Below, in pieces: positions 50,654 to 60,056 of a stretch of 64,000 bases of DNA. The stretch spans positions 1,024,001-1,088,000 of the forward strand of contig OZ252149.1 of the NCBI GenBank assembly GCA_965248755.1, written 5' to 3'. A program made the position numbers and the translations under genes. The notes under the pieces are model-generated. The model worked only from the letters and a program-made list of their open reading frames with translations, was not told the DNA's origin and did not search any database. Source of the DNA: Candidatus Latescibacterota bacterium. Lineage in GTDB: Bacteria > Latescibacterota > CBDEFO01. Positions within the stretch are counted from its first letter, which is position 1. Every line of letters begins with the position of its first letter.

Positions 50654-51532
50654 TTAGCGAAGCGCTTCGCAGAGTTCTTCAAAGGTGTCCGCTACGAATA
50701 CTCCCGCCTCACGCAGGGCCTTCGCCTTGCCTCGAACGGAGCCGCGTCCTCCTTCGACAATCACTGCGGCATGTCCGAACCGCATGCCTTCCATATCATC
50801 CACGAAACGGCCGGACAAAAATGCGATGATGTGCAGTCGACTCGGCTTCTTCCTTAGCCGCTCTGCCAGCTCCTCCTCCGCGGAGCCGCCGGGTTCCCCA
50901 TAGATAACGACGGAGTCCGTGCGCGGATCGTCTTCGAGCAGTTCGATAAGATCTCTGAAATCGGAACCGACAATCGAGTCCCCACCAACACCGATCGCTA
51001 TGCTCTGGCCGATGCCGCGACTCGATAAGTAGCTGGCGATCTCCGTAGTCATGCCCCCGCTACGGGAGAGGATGGCTACACGACCCGGAGTGAACGAACG
51101 GCGTGTATTGTCGATGCGCCCTCCGATGGTGCCCAGTTTGACGATGTTCGGACGGATGAGCCCAAGCGTATTGGGGCCGATGACTCTGCAGCCCGCGTCC
51201 CCTGCCGCGACCAGTAATCTGCTCGTGTCCAGGCGCGGTACCCGTTCGGTCATGATCATACAGAGCCGAATACCGGCTGAGAGGGTTTCTAATGCTGCGT
51301 CCAGCACGGCGGGAGCCGGCACGGAGATGATGCTGACGGTCGGATGCCACCGATCGACGGCCTCCGCAACCGTATCGTACACAGGCACCCCATGAACGCT
51401 CTGTCCGCCCTTTCCGGGCGTTACACCGGCCACAATTCTGCTCCCGTAGGCCAGCGAGTCCTCCACCATCCCCCTCGCCTCTCTGCCTGTGATTCCCTGA
51501 ACGACAATTCCCGCCTGTGGGTCAAGCAACAT
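50654..51532 (-). CDS. Succinyl-CoA ligase alpha-like subunit
   Basis: VQGITG, GVTPGKGG, IGPN, SRSGG, phospho-His RFGHA. Confidence 0.88.
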   Translation of the reverse strand: MLLDPQAGIVVQGITGREARGMVEDSLAYGSRIVAGVTPGKGGQSVHGVPVYDTVAEAVDRWHPTVSIISVPAPAVLDAALETLSAGIRLCMIMTERVPRLDTSRLLVAAGDAGCRVIGPNTLGLIRPNIVKLGTIGGRIDNTRRSFTPGRVAILSRSGGMTTEIASYLSSRGIGQSIAIGVGGDSIVGSDFRDLIELLEDDPRTDSVVIYGEPGGSAEEELAERLRKKPSRLHIIAFLSGRFVDDMEGMRFGHAAVIVEGGRGSVRGKAKALREAGVFVADTFEELCEALR

Positions 51533-52721
51533 GATCCATATTTCCTTCCACGGCCAATCTGGCGGCCTCATTCAACGATACGTCGCGCCCCTGCGCCTTG
51601 ATCCCAGCCGTGGCCATGATCTCCTGCGCCTCCTGTTCCCACGAGCCGGGCACGCGAAAGACACTGATGGTATCGGAAGGGTTTCTCCCCGCCCTCTCAA
51701 TTCCCATGAGAACCCCGCGGGCCATGACATCTGAACGAGTGTTGTTGACCACATTCATAATAACGGCCATCCGCTTAACTTCTGGTTTGGATAACAAAAG
51801 CGCACTTAAAGCGGCCACCTTCTCCTCGGTCGGGTTTCCCCCCACCTCACAGTAGTTGGCGGGTCTCCCCCCATAGAGCTTGATCGCGTCGAAAACGGTC
51901 AGACTGGCGCCGCCCCCACCGATAAGCAGGGCCATGTCGCCGTCAAATTCCACAAGGCGGCCTGCGACACCTCGGTGATCCATTGCATCGATGCGCTGTG
52001 CCTCAAGCTCCAAAGGCGTTGGAGGGCGACCCGTTGCGCTCTGCGTTAGATCACCTAACGGTTCTAATCTTTTATTCTGCCGATATGCAGCGTCGTCCTC
52101 AATTTCCACGTGCGCATCGAGGCCCACCGAAGCGCCATTTTCGGCAATAACCAGAGGATTAATCTCCATAGTGACCCCATCGCATGCCAGGAAGGCTTCG
52201 GACAGCGTTGCGAGGACCTCTCCCAACCGGACGAGCGTTTTCCCCCTCAGGCCGAGTTGGGACGCCATCCCTCGTCCTTCATACGGCGCAAGCCCCCTCC
52301 ACGGATGAAACGAACGGCGTACAAGACGATCTGTCGGGGAGGATTCGACATCGACCCCGCCGCTGGGACTCAACAGGGCAAGGGGCAGCTTTTCTACCGT
52401 GTCCCAGGCGATGCCGACATAGAACTCCTGATTAAAATGCAGCTTGGGTTCAATCGAAACCCTCCCCACCCTGGTGCCGCGCAATTCCATTCCAAGCAGC
52501 TCCCCGGCGCCGGCTTCCACTTCGTCCAAGGTCTCCGCGAACTTCACCGCCCCGGCTTTACCGCGTCCGCCGAAAGGCACCTGCGCTTTGAGAACGGCGG
52601 GCAGCCCGACGCCCTCCACGGACGCCCGCACCTCCTGAAGGGATTCAATCACCTTCTGTTCGGTGAAGACCAGACCGAAGCTTGAGAGCAGTTTCCTGCT
52701 TTGATGTTCGAGCAGTCTCAT
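51522..52721 (-). CDS. Succinyl-CoA ligase beta-like ATP-grasp subunit
   Basis: LLEHQ, KAQV..GGRGKAG, EINPL, GGGGAS, PANYCEVGGNP. Confidence 0.88.
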   Translation of the reverse strand: MRLLEHQSRKLLSSFGLVFTEQKVIESLQEVRASVEGVGLPAVLKAQVPFGGRGKAGAVKFAETLDEVEAGAGELLGMELRGTRVGRVSIEPKLHFNQEFYVGIAWDTVEKLPLALLSPSGGVDVESSPTDRLVRRSFHPWRGLAPYEGRGMASQLGLRGKTLVRLGEVLATLSEAFLACDGVTMEINPLVIAENGASVGLDAHVEIEDDAAYRQNKRLEPLGDLTQSATGRPPTPLELEAQRIDAMDHRGVAGRLVEFDGDMALLIGGGGASLTVFDAIKLYGGRPANYCEVGGNPTEEKVAALSALLLSKPEVKRMAVIMNVVNNTRSDVMARGVLMGIERAGRNPSDTISVFRVPGSWEQEAQEIMATAGIKAQGRDVSLNEAARLAVEGNMDHVA

Positions 52722-53587
52722 CTCATCATCTCGTGCAATCTGAGAACTCGTCGGGCCCGCTCCACGATCGGCAGATCGACCATCTGGCCTTCCACCACGA
52801 GCGCCCCTTGTCCTGCGGCCTCCGCCTTTCCGAAGGCCTCCACCACACGTTGGGCGTATTCCACCTCATCGGCAGTCGGAGAGAAGACATCGTGAACGGC
52901 CTCGATCTGGCTCGGGTGAATCAAAGCTTTGCCCGTAAAGCCGAGCTGGCGGGCCCGGCGTGCATCCGCAAGGAGCCCGTCCGGATTCTGGATATTCGCG
53001 TAGATTCTGTCTACAACCTGAAGTCGCTGGCTGACCGCTGCGACGACGAGGGCCGAGCGGGCGTAGACCATATCTGTGGCCTCACCATCCCGGAGGGCAA
53101 AAATCCCCAGATCCAGGGCGAAATCTTCCGCTCCAAACATCAGCCCGACCAGTCGCGGACAGGAGGCCGCGATAGCGGGCGCCTGAATGAGCCCGCGGGA
53201 GCTTTCAATTGTAGCCAGCAGTCGAACGCTTCCAGGTTGGAGTCCGGACCTGGATTCCTGTTCTCTCAGAGTCGCGTCGACTGCAATCACGTCTTCGGGA
53301 CATTCCACCTTGGACAATGTCAATCCATCCAACCCGGGTCTAACGGCGGTCTGCAGATCCGCATCCGTCTCAGCGCTCCCGGCGGCGTGGATGCGGACAT
53401 AGCGGGACGGCCCGCCTGGAGGACGCCCAAGGGCCGCAGCCACCAGATCCCGGGCGGCATCCTTCTCGGCGGGAGGCACACCATCCTCCAGATCAAAGAT
53501 CGCGACATCCAGCTTCAGGGCGAGAGCCTTATCGATCATCCTACTCCGATGCCCGGGCACGAACATCCAAGACCGCATAATCTGCAT
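52718..53587 (-). CDS. CoA-ester lyase (CitE/malyl-CoA lyase, HpcH/HpaI family)
   Basis: RSWMFVPG, DLEDGV, IES, FGAEDF, GKALIHPSQ, MVDLP. Confidence 0.92.
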   Translation of the reverse strand: MQIMRSWMFVPGHRSRMIDKALALKLDVAIFDLEDGVPPAEKDAARDLVAAALGRPPGGPSRYVRIHAAGSAETDADLQTAVRPGLDGLTLSKVECPEDVIAVDATLREQESRSGLQPGSVRLLATIESSRGLIQAPAIAASCPRLVGLMFGAEDFALDLGIFALRDGEATDMVYARSALVVAAVSQRLQVVDRIYANIQNPDGLLADARRARQLGFTGKALIHPSQIEAVHDVFSPTADEVEYAQRVVEAFGKAEAAGQGALVVEGQMVDLPIVERARRVLRLHEMMR

Positions 53588-53606
53588 ATATACCCACTTT
53601 CCTTTT

Positions 53607-54233
53607 TTATCTGCGCGCGGAACCCGCCTGTTGCAGCGATGCACCGTAGCGTACCAGCCGGACACCAATCCACAACCCCATCAGAGCGCCGGCCCCTATC
53701 AGGTATCCCAGCCATACCGGCACCAAACGGTCGATGGGAATCACCTTCGGCAGGAGCAACTGCGTAGCCATCTGGCGCCACGCTTCCATAGTAGGCCCTT
53801 CGCCCCCTGGGCCAAGGGTTGCCGTCAGCATCCGCTCCGTCGACCACATAGATCCGTAGTATACCAAGATACATATGCCCGGCAGGAAAGCTAACAACCA
53901 GAATGCAGCCCTCAAGCCGCTGTTCTTACGGAGAGAATAGAAGAATAGCACCGACGGAACGATCCCGAATAGGACTACGGCTCGTCCAAATCCCGAAAAG
54001 AAGGTGATGAGCAGCAACACACATAGACAGAGCCCGATGAATATCCACCCGTTCAGAACATATCTAGCTGATGTGATGTAGCAATGCCCTGTTTTCCGCT
54101 TTTTCTCGATAAATTCGACTATCCGCTCTTCGAGGGGTGTGCCCGGCTTTGGAGTTTCCCGCGAAATCTCGTAACCCAGGATTTCTCTTTCACGGGCCTT
54201 CTCGTGACGCTTTCTGGTGTTCTCCCTGTCCAT
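53607..54233 (-). CDS. Hypothetical membrane protein
   Basis: About 4 hydrophobic segments. Confidence 0.5.
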   Translation of the reverse strand: MDRENTRKRHEKAREREILGYEISRETPKPGTPLEERIVEFIEKKRKTGHCYITSARYVLNGWIFIGLCLCVLLLITFFSGFGRAVVLFGIVPSVLFFYSLRKNSGLRAAFWLLAFLPGICILVYYGSMWSTERMLTATLGPGGEGPTMEAWRQMATQLLLPKVIPIDRLVPVWLGYLIGAGALMGLWIGVRLVRYGASLQQAGSARR

Positions 54234-54934
54234 ATACACACCCAGACGTGGCAAGCTACTAAGGATCTATAAGAACGATCATCCCTACCGGGCAACGTAT
54301 TCGAGATCCTCTCCTAAACTCCACGTCTCGAAACGCATCAGCTTTCTACCGTCATAAGATGGATTTTACCCCTCCCGATTGAAAGAATGAGGTCGCTAGC
54401 TAGAAAGCTAAATCGCTATATCTACCGTCGTCTAAAAAGAAAACCGCGGAGCATGGGCCGCCGCGGGGGCAGCAAGCAACTAGGACTTGAGGGGATGATA
54501 TTCACCCGTAATATACGATACTCACCCCAGAATGTCAAGCCAAACGAGTGTGCAAAACAGAAGAGGTCGTCAATGAGCCTTGCGGTAGGGGAGCCTGATC
54601 AGCGACAGCTCAGGGGAGGAAAACCCTCCGAGACGATATCGTCTTACCGCAATCAGGATATATCGCTTCATTACTATTTTGATTTTATTAAGTAATTTGA
54701 CAAAACTTTTCGGACATGCTAAGTCGGTGGAAAGTTGAGATCGTTCCCGCTTCGCGACTTCTTCTTGTGGGGAACAGCCAGGCACTCTCAATTGGATTCC
54801 TCTCCCTGTATGTTGGCTACCTTTTGGATCTCTACAATTTTGTGGGGACTGTTTTGACCTGATACATCGTAAGAGTCCAAAGATCACAGGAGCTCAGATG
54901 ATCACTATTTTGGAGTTAACATTGGAAAATGTTC

Positions 54935-54991
54935 TTGACATTGCTAAAACTTTTTCTTATATTCTATATACCCTCAGGGGGTGGGGGTATA
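54935..54991 (+). promoter_or_regulatory. Promoter plus CsoR/RcnR-type operator
   Basis: TTGACA-N17-TATATT followed by TATACCC...GGGGGTATA G/C-tract inverted repeat (54967-54991). Confidence 0.75.
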
Positions 54992-55007
54992 AACGAAAGG
55001 AAACAAG

Positions 55008-55304
55008 ATGATCGAAGAAATCAAGCTAATCTCACAAGATCGCAAGGACCAGACAATAAGACGCCTTAAATCTATTGAAGGCCAGATGAGAGGATTACAG
55101 GGCATGATAGAAAAGGAGCGCCCTTGCGTGGAGGTACTGACCCAAATAGCAGCGGCAGAGGAGGGTCTAAAGCAGGTGGGAAAGATTATGATGAGAAACT
55201 ACCTGGAAAACTGTGTGACCAATTCCATCAGGTCGCAAGATGGCCAAGAGGCTGATAGAATATACGACGAGTTGATGGACATTATCTACAAGTTTGCGAG
55301 GTAA
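55008..55304 (+). CDS. CsoR/RcnR family metal-sensitive repressor
   Basis: RRLKSIEGQMRGL, CVEVLTQIAA, NYLENC. Confidence 0.92.
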   Translation: MIEEIKLISQDRKDQTIRRLKSIEGQMRGLQGMIEKERPCVEVLTQIAAAEEGLKQVGKIMMRNYLENCVTNSIRSQDGQEADRIYDELMDIIYKFAR

Positions 55305-55351
55305 TAAAATGTCAAAGGGTCTTAGGAGTAATCTTTAGGAAGGAGGTATAT

Positions 55352-56299
55352 ATGAAAAGATACATCATTTTATCATCCATTCTGTGCTCTGTTGTTCTTC
55401 ATATGGTTTATCCAAAGGGGACATTGGCTCAGGGGCCACCGATCAACACCGAGACAGCGTTCGTGGTCGGTCTTGAGGGCGCCGCGCTCAGGACACTCGT
55501 TAAAACGACGAGGAAATCGAAGCTTTTAAAGGGCACCACGAAAGTCTCTGATCCTTCAGATCGACAAGTACAAGTTGTGGCTGTTCCTATTATAATTCCC
55601 TACGAATTGATTCCAAACAGAATAGTGGTCGCCGCAGCGATTCCCTATCTTCACAAGGAACTGAGTCTGACTCAGGACGGGATAAGACGTGCTCTGTCTG
55701 ACAACGGCTTTGGGGATCTTTCTCTCTTATTCAAATATCAACTCCTTCAATGGGACGCTCATCGAAAGACGACCAGAATTACGTTTAAGGGAGGGCTGAA
55801 ACTTCCCACAGGCGACCACGATGAGACGGATGAGTTGGGCGAACTTCTCCGCAGGGGGCTACAATTGGGAACGGGCTCCCTAGATTACTCAGCCGGGCTT
55901 ATCTTAACTCACAGCGTAGGCAGACTCGGGATCAACACAGACGCCATCTACACATTCAAAAGGGAGGCGGACAAGTACAGATTTGGAGACTCTTTAAATT
56001 ACGATCTTGCGGTCGGATACAGGATCTATCCTTCGGTCTATGAGACTTATCCATCGCCTTATGCCACTCTTTATTTAGAGGTAAATGGTCAGTTCAAACG
56101 AAGGGATGAGGAAAATAGAGGGACAGTCGAGGACTCAGGCGGACACATTTTGTCTCTCTCACCTGGGATACAATACATCCCTTTGAGCACATTAATCATC
56201 GAGGCATCGATACAGATTCCTGTGCTCCAGGACCTGAACGGAACTCAACTCGGGACGGACTTTGCCTTTGTAAGCGGGATTCGATGGCTGATCTTTTAG
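55352..56299 (+). CDS. Outer-membrane beta-barrel transporter (MetA-pathway-like)
   Basis: Signal peptide; GFGDL, KLPTG, LGTGSLD, LSPGIQ; C-terminal F. Confidence 0.7.
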   Translation: MKRYIILSSILCSVVLHMVYPKGTLAQGPPINTETAFVVGLEGAALRTLVKTTRKSKLLKGTTKVSDPSDRQVQVVAVPIIIPYELIPNRIVVAAAIPYLHKELSLTQDGIRRALSDNGFGDLSLLFKYQLLQWDAHRKTTRITFKGGLKLPTGDHDETDELGELLRRGLQLGTGSLDYSAGLILTHSVGRLGINTDAIYTFKREADKYRFGDSLNYDLAVGYRIYPSVYETYPSPYATLYLEVNGQFKRRDEENRGTVEDSGGHILSLSPGIQYIPLSTLIIEASIQIPVLQDLNGTQLGTDFAFVSGIRWLIF

Positions 56300-56347
56300 T
56301 CCGAAACTCAATATTAACCTGCAATGTTGAAAGGAGGTCGTTTCAAG

Positions 56348-56893
56348 ATGACGGTAAAAAGAATTCTTTCTTTGCTGCTCTCAGTTACTATTGTGTCGGC
56401 TGTACCTGTGGAGAGTCCGGCTCAGATAGAAGAGGCTACAGTTAAGGTGGACGGTCTTTCGTGCCCTTTTTGCGCCTACGGCTTGGAGAAGAAGCTCAAG
56501 AAAGTAGAAGGAGTTGAGAAGTTAGAGATCAAAGTGGATCAGGGAGTAGCCAAACTGACTGTAAAGGAGAAAAAGAACCTCTCCATCGAAGATGTAAAGA
56601 AGGCTGTGGTGAACGGCGGCTTTACCCCAAGAGAAATCGCGATTACGGTTAAAGGCCGTATGTCCGAGCATAATGGCAGAACAGTTTTAAAGTTTGCAAA
56701 GAACGCGAATGTCTTTCTGATCGCTCAGAACGAGCAGTTGAAGAAGGTCAAGGATGCGCTCAAAGGGCAGGACAAGCTCCTTCGGATAACTGGCACGCTC
56801 TCCAAGGAAAAAGTCGAAGGCCATGGGGAGCACCCTTATGTCCTGTCTATTGAACAGTTCAAGATGCTGTCCTCTACTACCAAGGTGAATTAG
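56348..56893 (+). CDS. Exported heavy-metal-associated (HMA) domain protein
   Basis: Signal peptide; VDGLSCPFC, GGFT. Confidence 0.88.
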   Translation: MTVKRILSLLLSVTIVSAVPVESPAQIEEATVKVDGLSCPFCAYGLEKKLKKVEGVEKLEIKVDQGVAKLTVKEKKNLSIEDVKKAVVNGGFTPREIAITVKGRMSEHNGRTVLKFAKNANVFLIAQNEQLKKVKDALKGQDKLLRITGTLSKEKVEGHGEHPYVLSIEQFKMLSSTTKVN

Positions 56894-56894
56894 A

Positions 56895-57713
56895 ATGATG
56901 AAGGCAAAGGAATCAAGCCTGACAGCTATCCTTGCGGCACTGCTGGTGGTCTGGACGGTTTCACCCGTTCTGGCGCACGAGCCCCTGTTTGGGGTCGGGC
57001 CACACACCATCTATCAGAACGGCCTGGGGCTGGAGATGGAGCTCGAAGTCGAAGATGAGGAGGTATCCGTTCACAACGAGGCCATCTATGGGGTCACGCC
57101 CGACCTGGCTGTGACCCTGGTGGCCCCCTGGGTTCGGAAGGAGGAGGGGAATAGGTCCATCTCTGGACTGGGGGACATCAGCCTGCGGGGGAAGTGGCGC
57201 TTCTTCCGGCGGGACGGAGCGGGTCGGCAGGACGCCCTCGCCCTGGTCTTCGGTGCAAAGTTTCCCACCGGAGACGAGCAGGCGGAGATGCCTCTGGGGA
57301 CCGGATCGACTGACTTTTTCGGTGGGATCGCCGCAGGCCGGGAGTCGCGCCGGTGGTACTACTTCGGCGACCTGCGCTACCGGGCCAACACAGAGGCGGA
57401 CGGTCTGAGGCAAGGGGACATCTTCTTCTATGACGTGGCCTGGGGAGTGAGACCGGTGCGGGCGGGTTATGAGCAACCTGACCTGGTGCTCCTGGTGGAG
57501 ACCAATGGAAAGATCGCGGGGAAGGCCGAACAGGATGGCGTCACAAACCCCAACACAGGGGGACATGTGCTCTCAGTCTCGCCCGGATTTCTCTTCAGCA
57601 TCCGGAACGTGATGCTCAAAGGGGGGATCAATGTCCCTGTCCTCTGGGATCTGAACGGAGTACAGGAGGACCCAGAAACCGAGATTCTGTTCGGTGTGGA
57701 GTTTCATGTCTAG
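56895..57713 (+). CDS. Outer-membrane beta-barrel transporter (MetA-pathway-like)
   Basis: Signal peptide then HEP; GLGDI, KFPTG, LGTGSTD, VSPG. Confidence 0.7.
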   Translation: MMKAKESSLTAILAALLVVWTVSPVLAHEPLFGVGPHTIYQNGLGLEMELEVEDEEVSVHNEAIYGVTPDLAVTLVAPWVRKEEGNRSISGLGDISLRGKWRFFRRDGAGRQDALALVFGAKFPTGDEQAEMPLGTGSTDFFGGIAAGRESRRWYYFGDLRYRANTEADGLRQGDIFFYDVAWGVRPVRAGYEQPDLVLLVETNGKIAGKAEQDGVTNPNTGGHVLSVSPGFLFSIRNVMLKGGINVPVLWDLNGVQEDPETEILFGVEFHV

Positions 57714-57729
57714 TAGAGGAGGCAGAACC

Positions 57730-58514
57730 ATGCGAAAGATCGTGTTTATCTTGATAGTAGTCGCCCTGATGGCCGGGCTGAGTGTGCCGGTGCAGGCAGG
57801 TGTGAAATCTCTGACACTGAAGGTGGATGGACTTGCCTGTCCCTTCTGCGCTTACGGCATGGAGAAGAAGCTGAAGAAGGTAGAAGGGGTTGAGAAGCTT
57901 GAGATCGATCTCGACGGAGGGACGGTGACTCTCAAAATGAAGGCGCGCGTCCGTCTGACAGCCGCCTCAGAGGGAAAAGAAAAGGCCCCCGCAGGTCTTG
58001 TGGCACAGGTGCAGAAAGCCGTAACAGAAGGTGGCTTCACGCTACGAGAGTTGACGGTAACGGTGGAAGGGCAGGTGGTAGCCCAGGAAGGAGTATTGCG
58101 TCTACGGCTGTCCGGGACAGAAGAGATCCTTGTCCTAAAGGAAAATGGGAAGGTAGCTGATCTGAAGAAGGCGGTCTCAAACGGGTCAGTGACTTTAATC
58201 GGCACTCTGCAGACGGAGGACCCGATGCTTACCTTATCCGTCGAACAAGTCAGTGAAATGTCCGTTATGGAAGGCGAAGTTCATCGCCTGAAGGTCTCAG
58301 GCATGGTCTGCACCGGGTGCGCGGATGCGATCAAGGCTGCCCTGGAGAGGATCAGCTGGGTGCAGCAGCAGAGGTCGATCTGGAGCAGGGGCTGGCCCAG
58401 GTTACGGCCGCGGCAGGCAGGGTCTCTGCAGAGCAGCTCGTCGAGGCCGTCAACGGGATTGCGATGAGTGGGATGCCTGAAGGGACGTTCCAGGCATCGG
58501 TGGTGGAGGAGTGA
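57730..58514 (+). CDS. Exported protein with two HMA domains, frameshift near 58362
   Basis: VDGLACPFC and VSGMVCTGC; adding one G continues into AAAEVDLEQG..LVEAV. Confidence 0.8.
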
Positions 58515-58560
58515 AGAGTTAGAAAGCTGTGATAAGAGAGAAAAAGAAGATATTAGAACG

Positions 58561-58839
58561 ATGAAGATAAAGTCATCGAGCCTGATGGCCCTTCTTGCGG
58601 CACTGTCCTGGTGTTGAATAGTGCCTGCGATCTTTGCCCTGCTCGGCTTAGCAGGGGTAGCTACTGCAAGGTTCCTTGCGATAAAGTTTTATCCTTTCTT
58701 GCTTACTCTGTCTGTCCTGCTTTTGGCAAGAGCGCACTATCTGGTGTACGTAAAGCGGCACGGGCACAGACTGAGCGTGCTTGTAGTATGGGTCTCCACC
58801 GCCTTGGTGATCGCCGTGTGGCTGCCAAGGATACTTTGA
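58561..58839 (+). CDS. MerT-like membrane protein, probable selenoprotein (TGA 58615-58617)
   Basis: MKIKSSSLMALLAALSWC(U)IVPAIFALLG..YPFLL; three TM segments; downstream hairpin. Confidence 0.7.
58637..58656 (+). promoter_or_regulatory. Candidate bacterial SECIS hairpin
   Basis: CCCTGCT-CGGCTT-AGCAGGG; loop begins about 27 nt after TGA, with G at second loop position. Confidence 0.55.
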
Positions 58840-58852
58840 CAAGGGAGAGATT

Positions 58853-59794
58853 ATGAGACCAGCAAGTTTGTTCCTGATAATATTGATCCTTTCGACAGGC
58901 CATCTTTACTGTTCCAAAGAGGACAAACTGCAATTCGTCTTCGTCCAGAAATGGGGAACAGAAGGAGAAATGCCAGGGCAGTTCCAGGGCCCTATAGGGA
59001 TCGCTGTTGACGATGTCGGAAGTGTCTATGTCTCCGACAGTGGGAACAATCGCATTCAAAAGTTTGACAGAAAGGGCAATGTCTTAGCCGAGTGGGGAAA
59101 AGATGGTGATGCCCTAGGAGAGCTTGCGCGTCCCATGCATATTGAAATGAAGGATAGTAAGCTCTATGTGGCAGAATATTTCAACGACAGGATACAGGTT
59201 TTTGATCCTTCTGGGAGTTTCATTGGGGCTATCGGTTGGCACCAAAAGGAGGGCGGCTATTTTGACGCCCCGGCGGGCGTATCTGTGGACAGCCAGGGGA
59301 ATATCTATGTAGCTGATTTCTACAACCACAGGATAGAAAAGTTTGATAGAAATGGCGAATTCGTACGTCAATGGGGAGATCACGGAGAAGGCGACGGACA
59401 ATTTAATTATCCCACCGATGTAGCTGTCGGTTCTGACGGTACTGTCTACGTGGCCGACGCCTACAATCATAGGATTGTCAAGTTCACGCGTGAAGGGCAA
59501 CTTCTTACGAGCTGGGGAGGTTACGGAACAGATGAAGGCAGGTTCAACGTGTCCACCGGTATAGGCTTAGACGGAAAAGATAGGATCTACGTAGCGGATT
59601 TTTACAATCACCGCATCCAGGTCTTTGGCAGCGATGGACACTTCCTTCTCCAGTGGGGAAGGCAGGGGAACGGCGACGGCAGGTTCGAACGTCCGACTGA
59701 CGTGGCAACAGACAAGGACGAAAACGTCTACGTAACAGATTGGGGGAATAATCGTATTCAGAAGTTCCGAGTCGTCAAGCAGGTGACAGAGTGA
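58853..59794 (+). CDS. NHL-repeat six-bladed beta-propeller, exported
   Basis: Repeats GQFxxPxGIAVD..YVADxxNxRIQKF; N-terminal signal with Cys. Confidence 0.92.
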   Translation: MRPASLFLIILILSTGHLYCSKEDKLQFVFVQKWGTEGEMPGQFQGPIGIAVDDVGSVYVSDSGNNRIQKFDRKGNVLAEWGKDGDALGELARPMHIEMKDSKLYVAEYFNDRIQVFDPSGSFIGAIGWHQKEGGYFDAPAGVSVDSQGNIYVADFYNHRIEKFDRNGEFVRQWGDHGEGDGQFNYPTDVAVGSDGTVYVADAYNHRIVKFTREGQLLTSWGGYGTDEGRFNVSTGIGLDGKDRIYVADFYNHRIQVFGSDGHFLLQWGRQGNGDGRFERPTDVATDKDENVYVTDWGNNRIQKFRVVKQVTE

Positions 59795-60056
59795 AACCAC
59801 GTCGCCTACCGCCTACGGCGCGGCTCGACATCGGAACTCCGCGGGCGGGGCTTCAAACCTCACCCTTGGAAGATGCCCTCTTCCTCCAGTGGTATTCATC
59901 CGCCACGCACGAGTGGCGGTGTTCTGCCATAATCTTTATAAAGAAAGATTGAGAGTCAATTACGGCGGTTCAAAGGATACTGCTCCGACAAAAAAGACTT
60001 GACAGTATTCTGGATTTCTTGTATATTGTCTGTAGTATTTGTAGAAGTATGTATAT

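Noticed and set aside
52682..53767. 361-aa plus-strand ORF
   Set aside because: Antisense to the CoA lyase in GC-rich DNA
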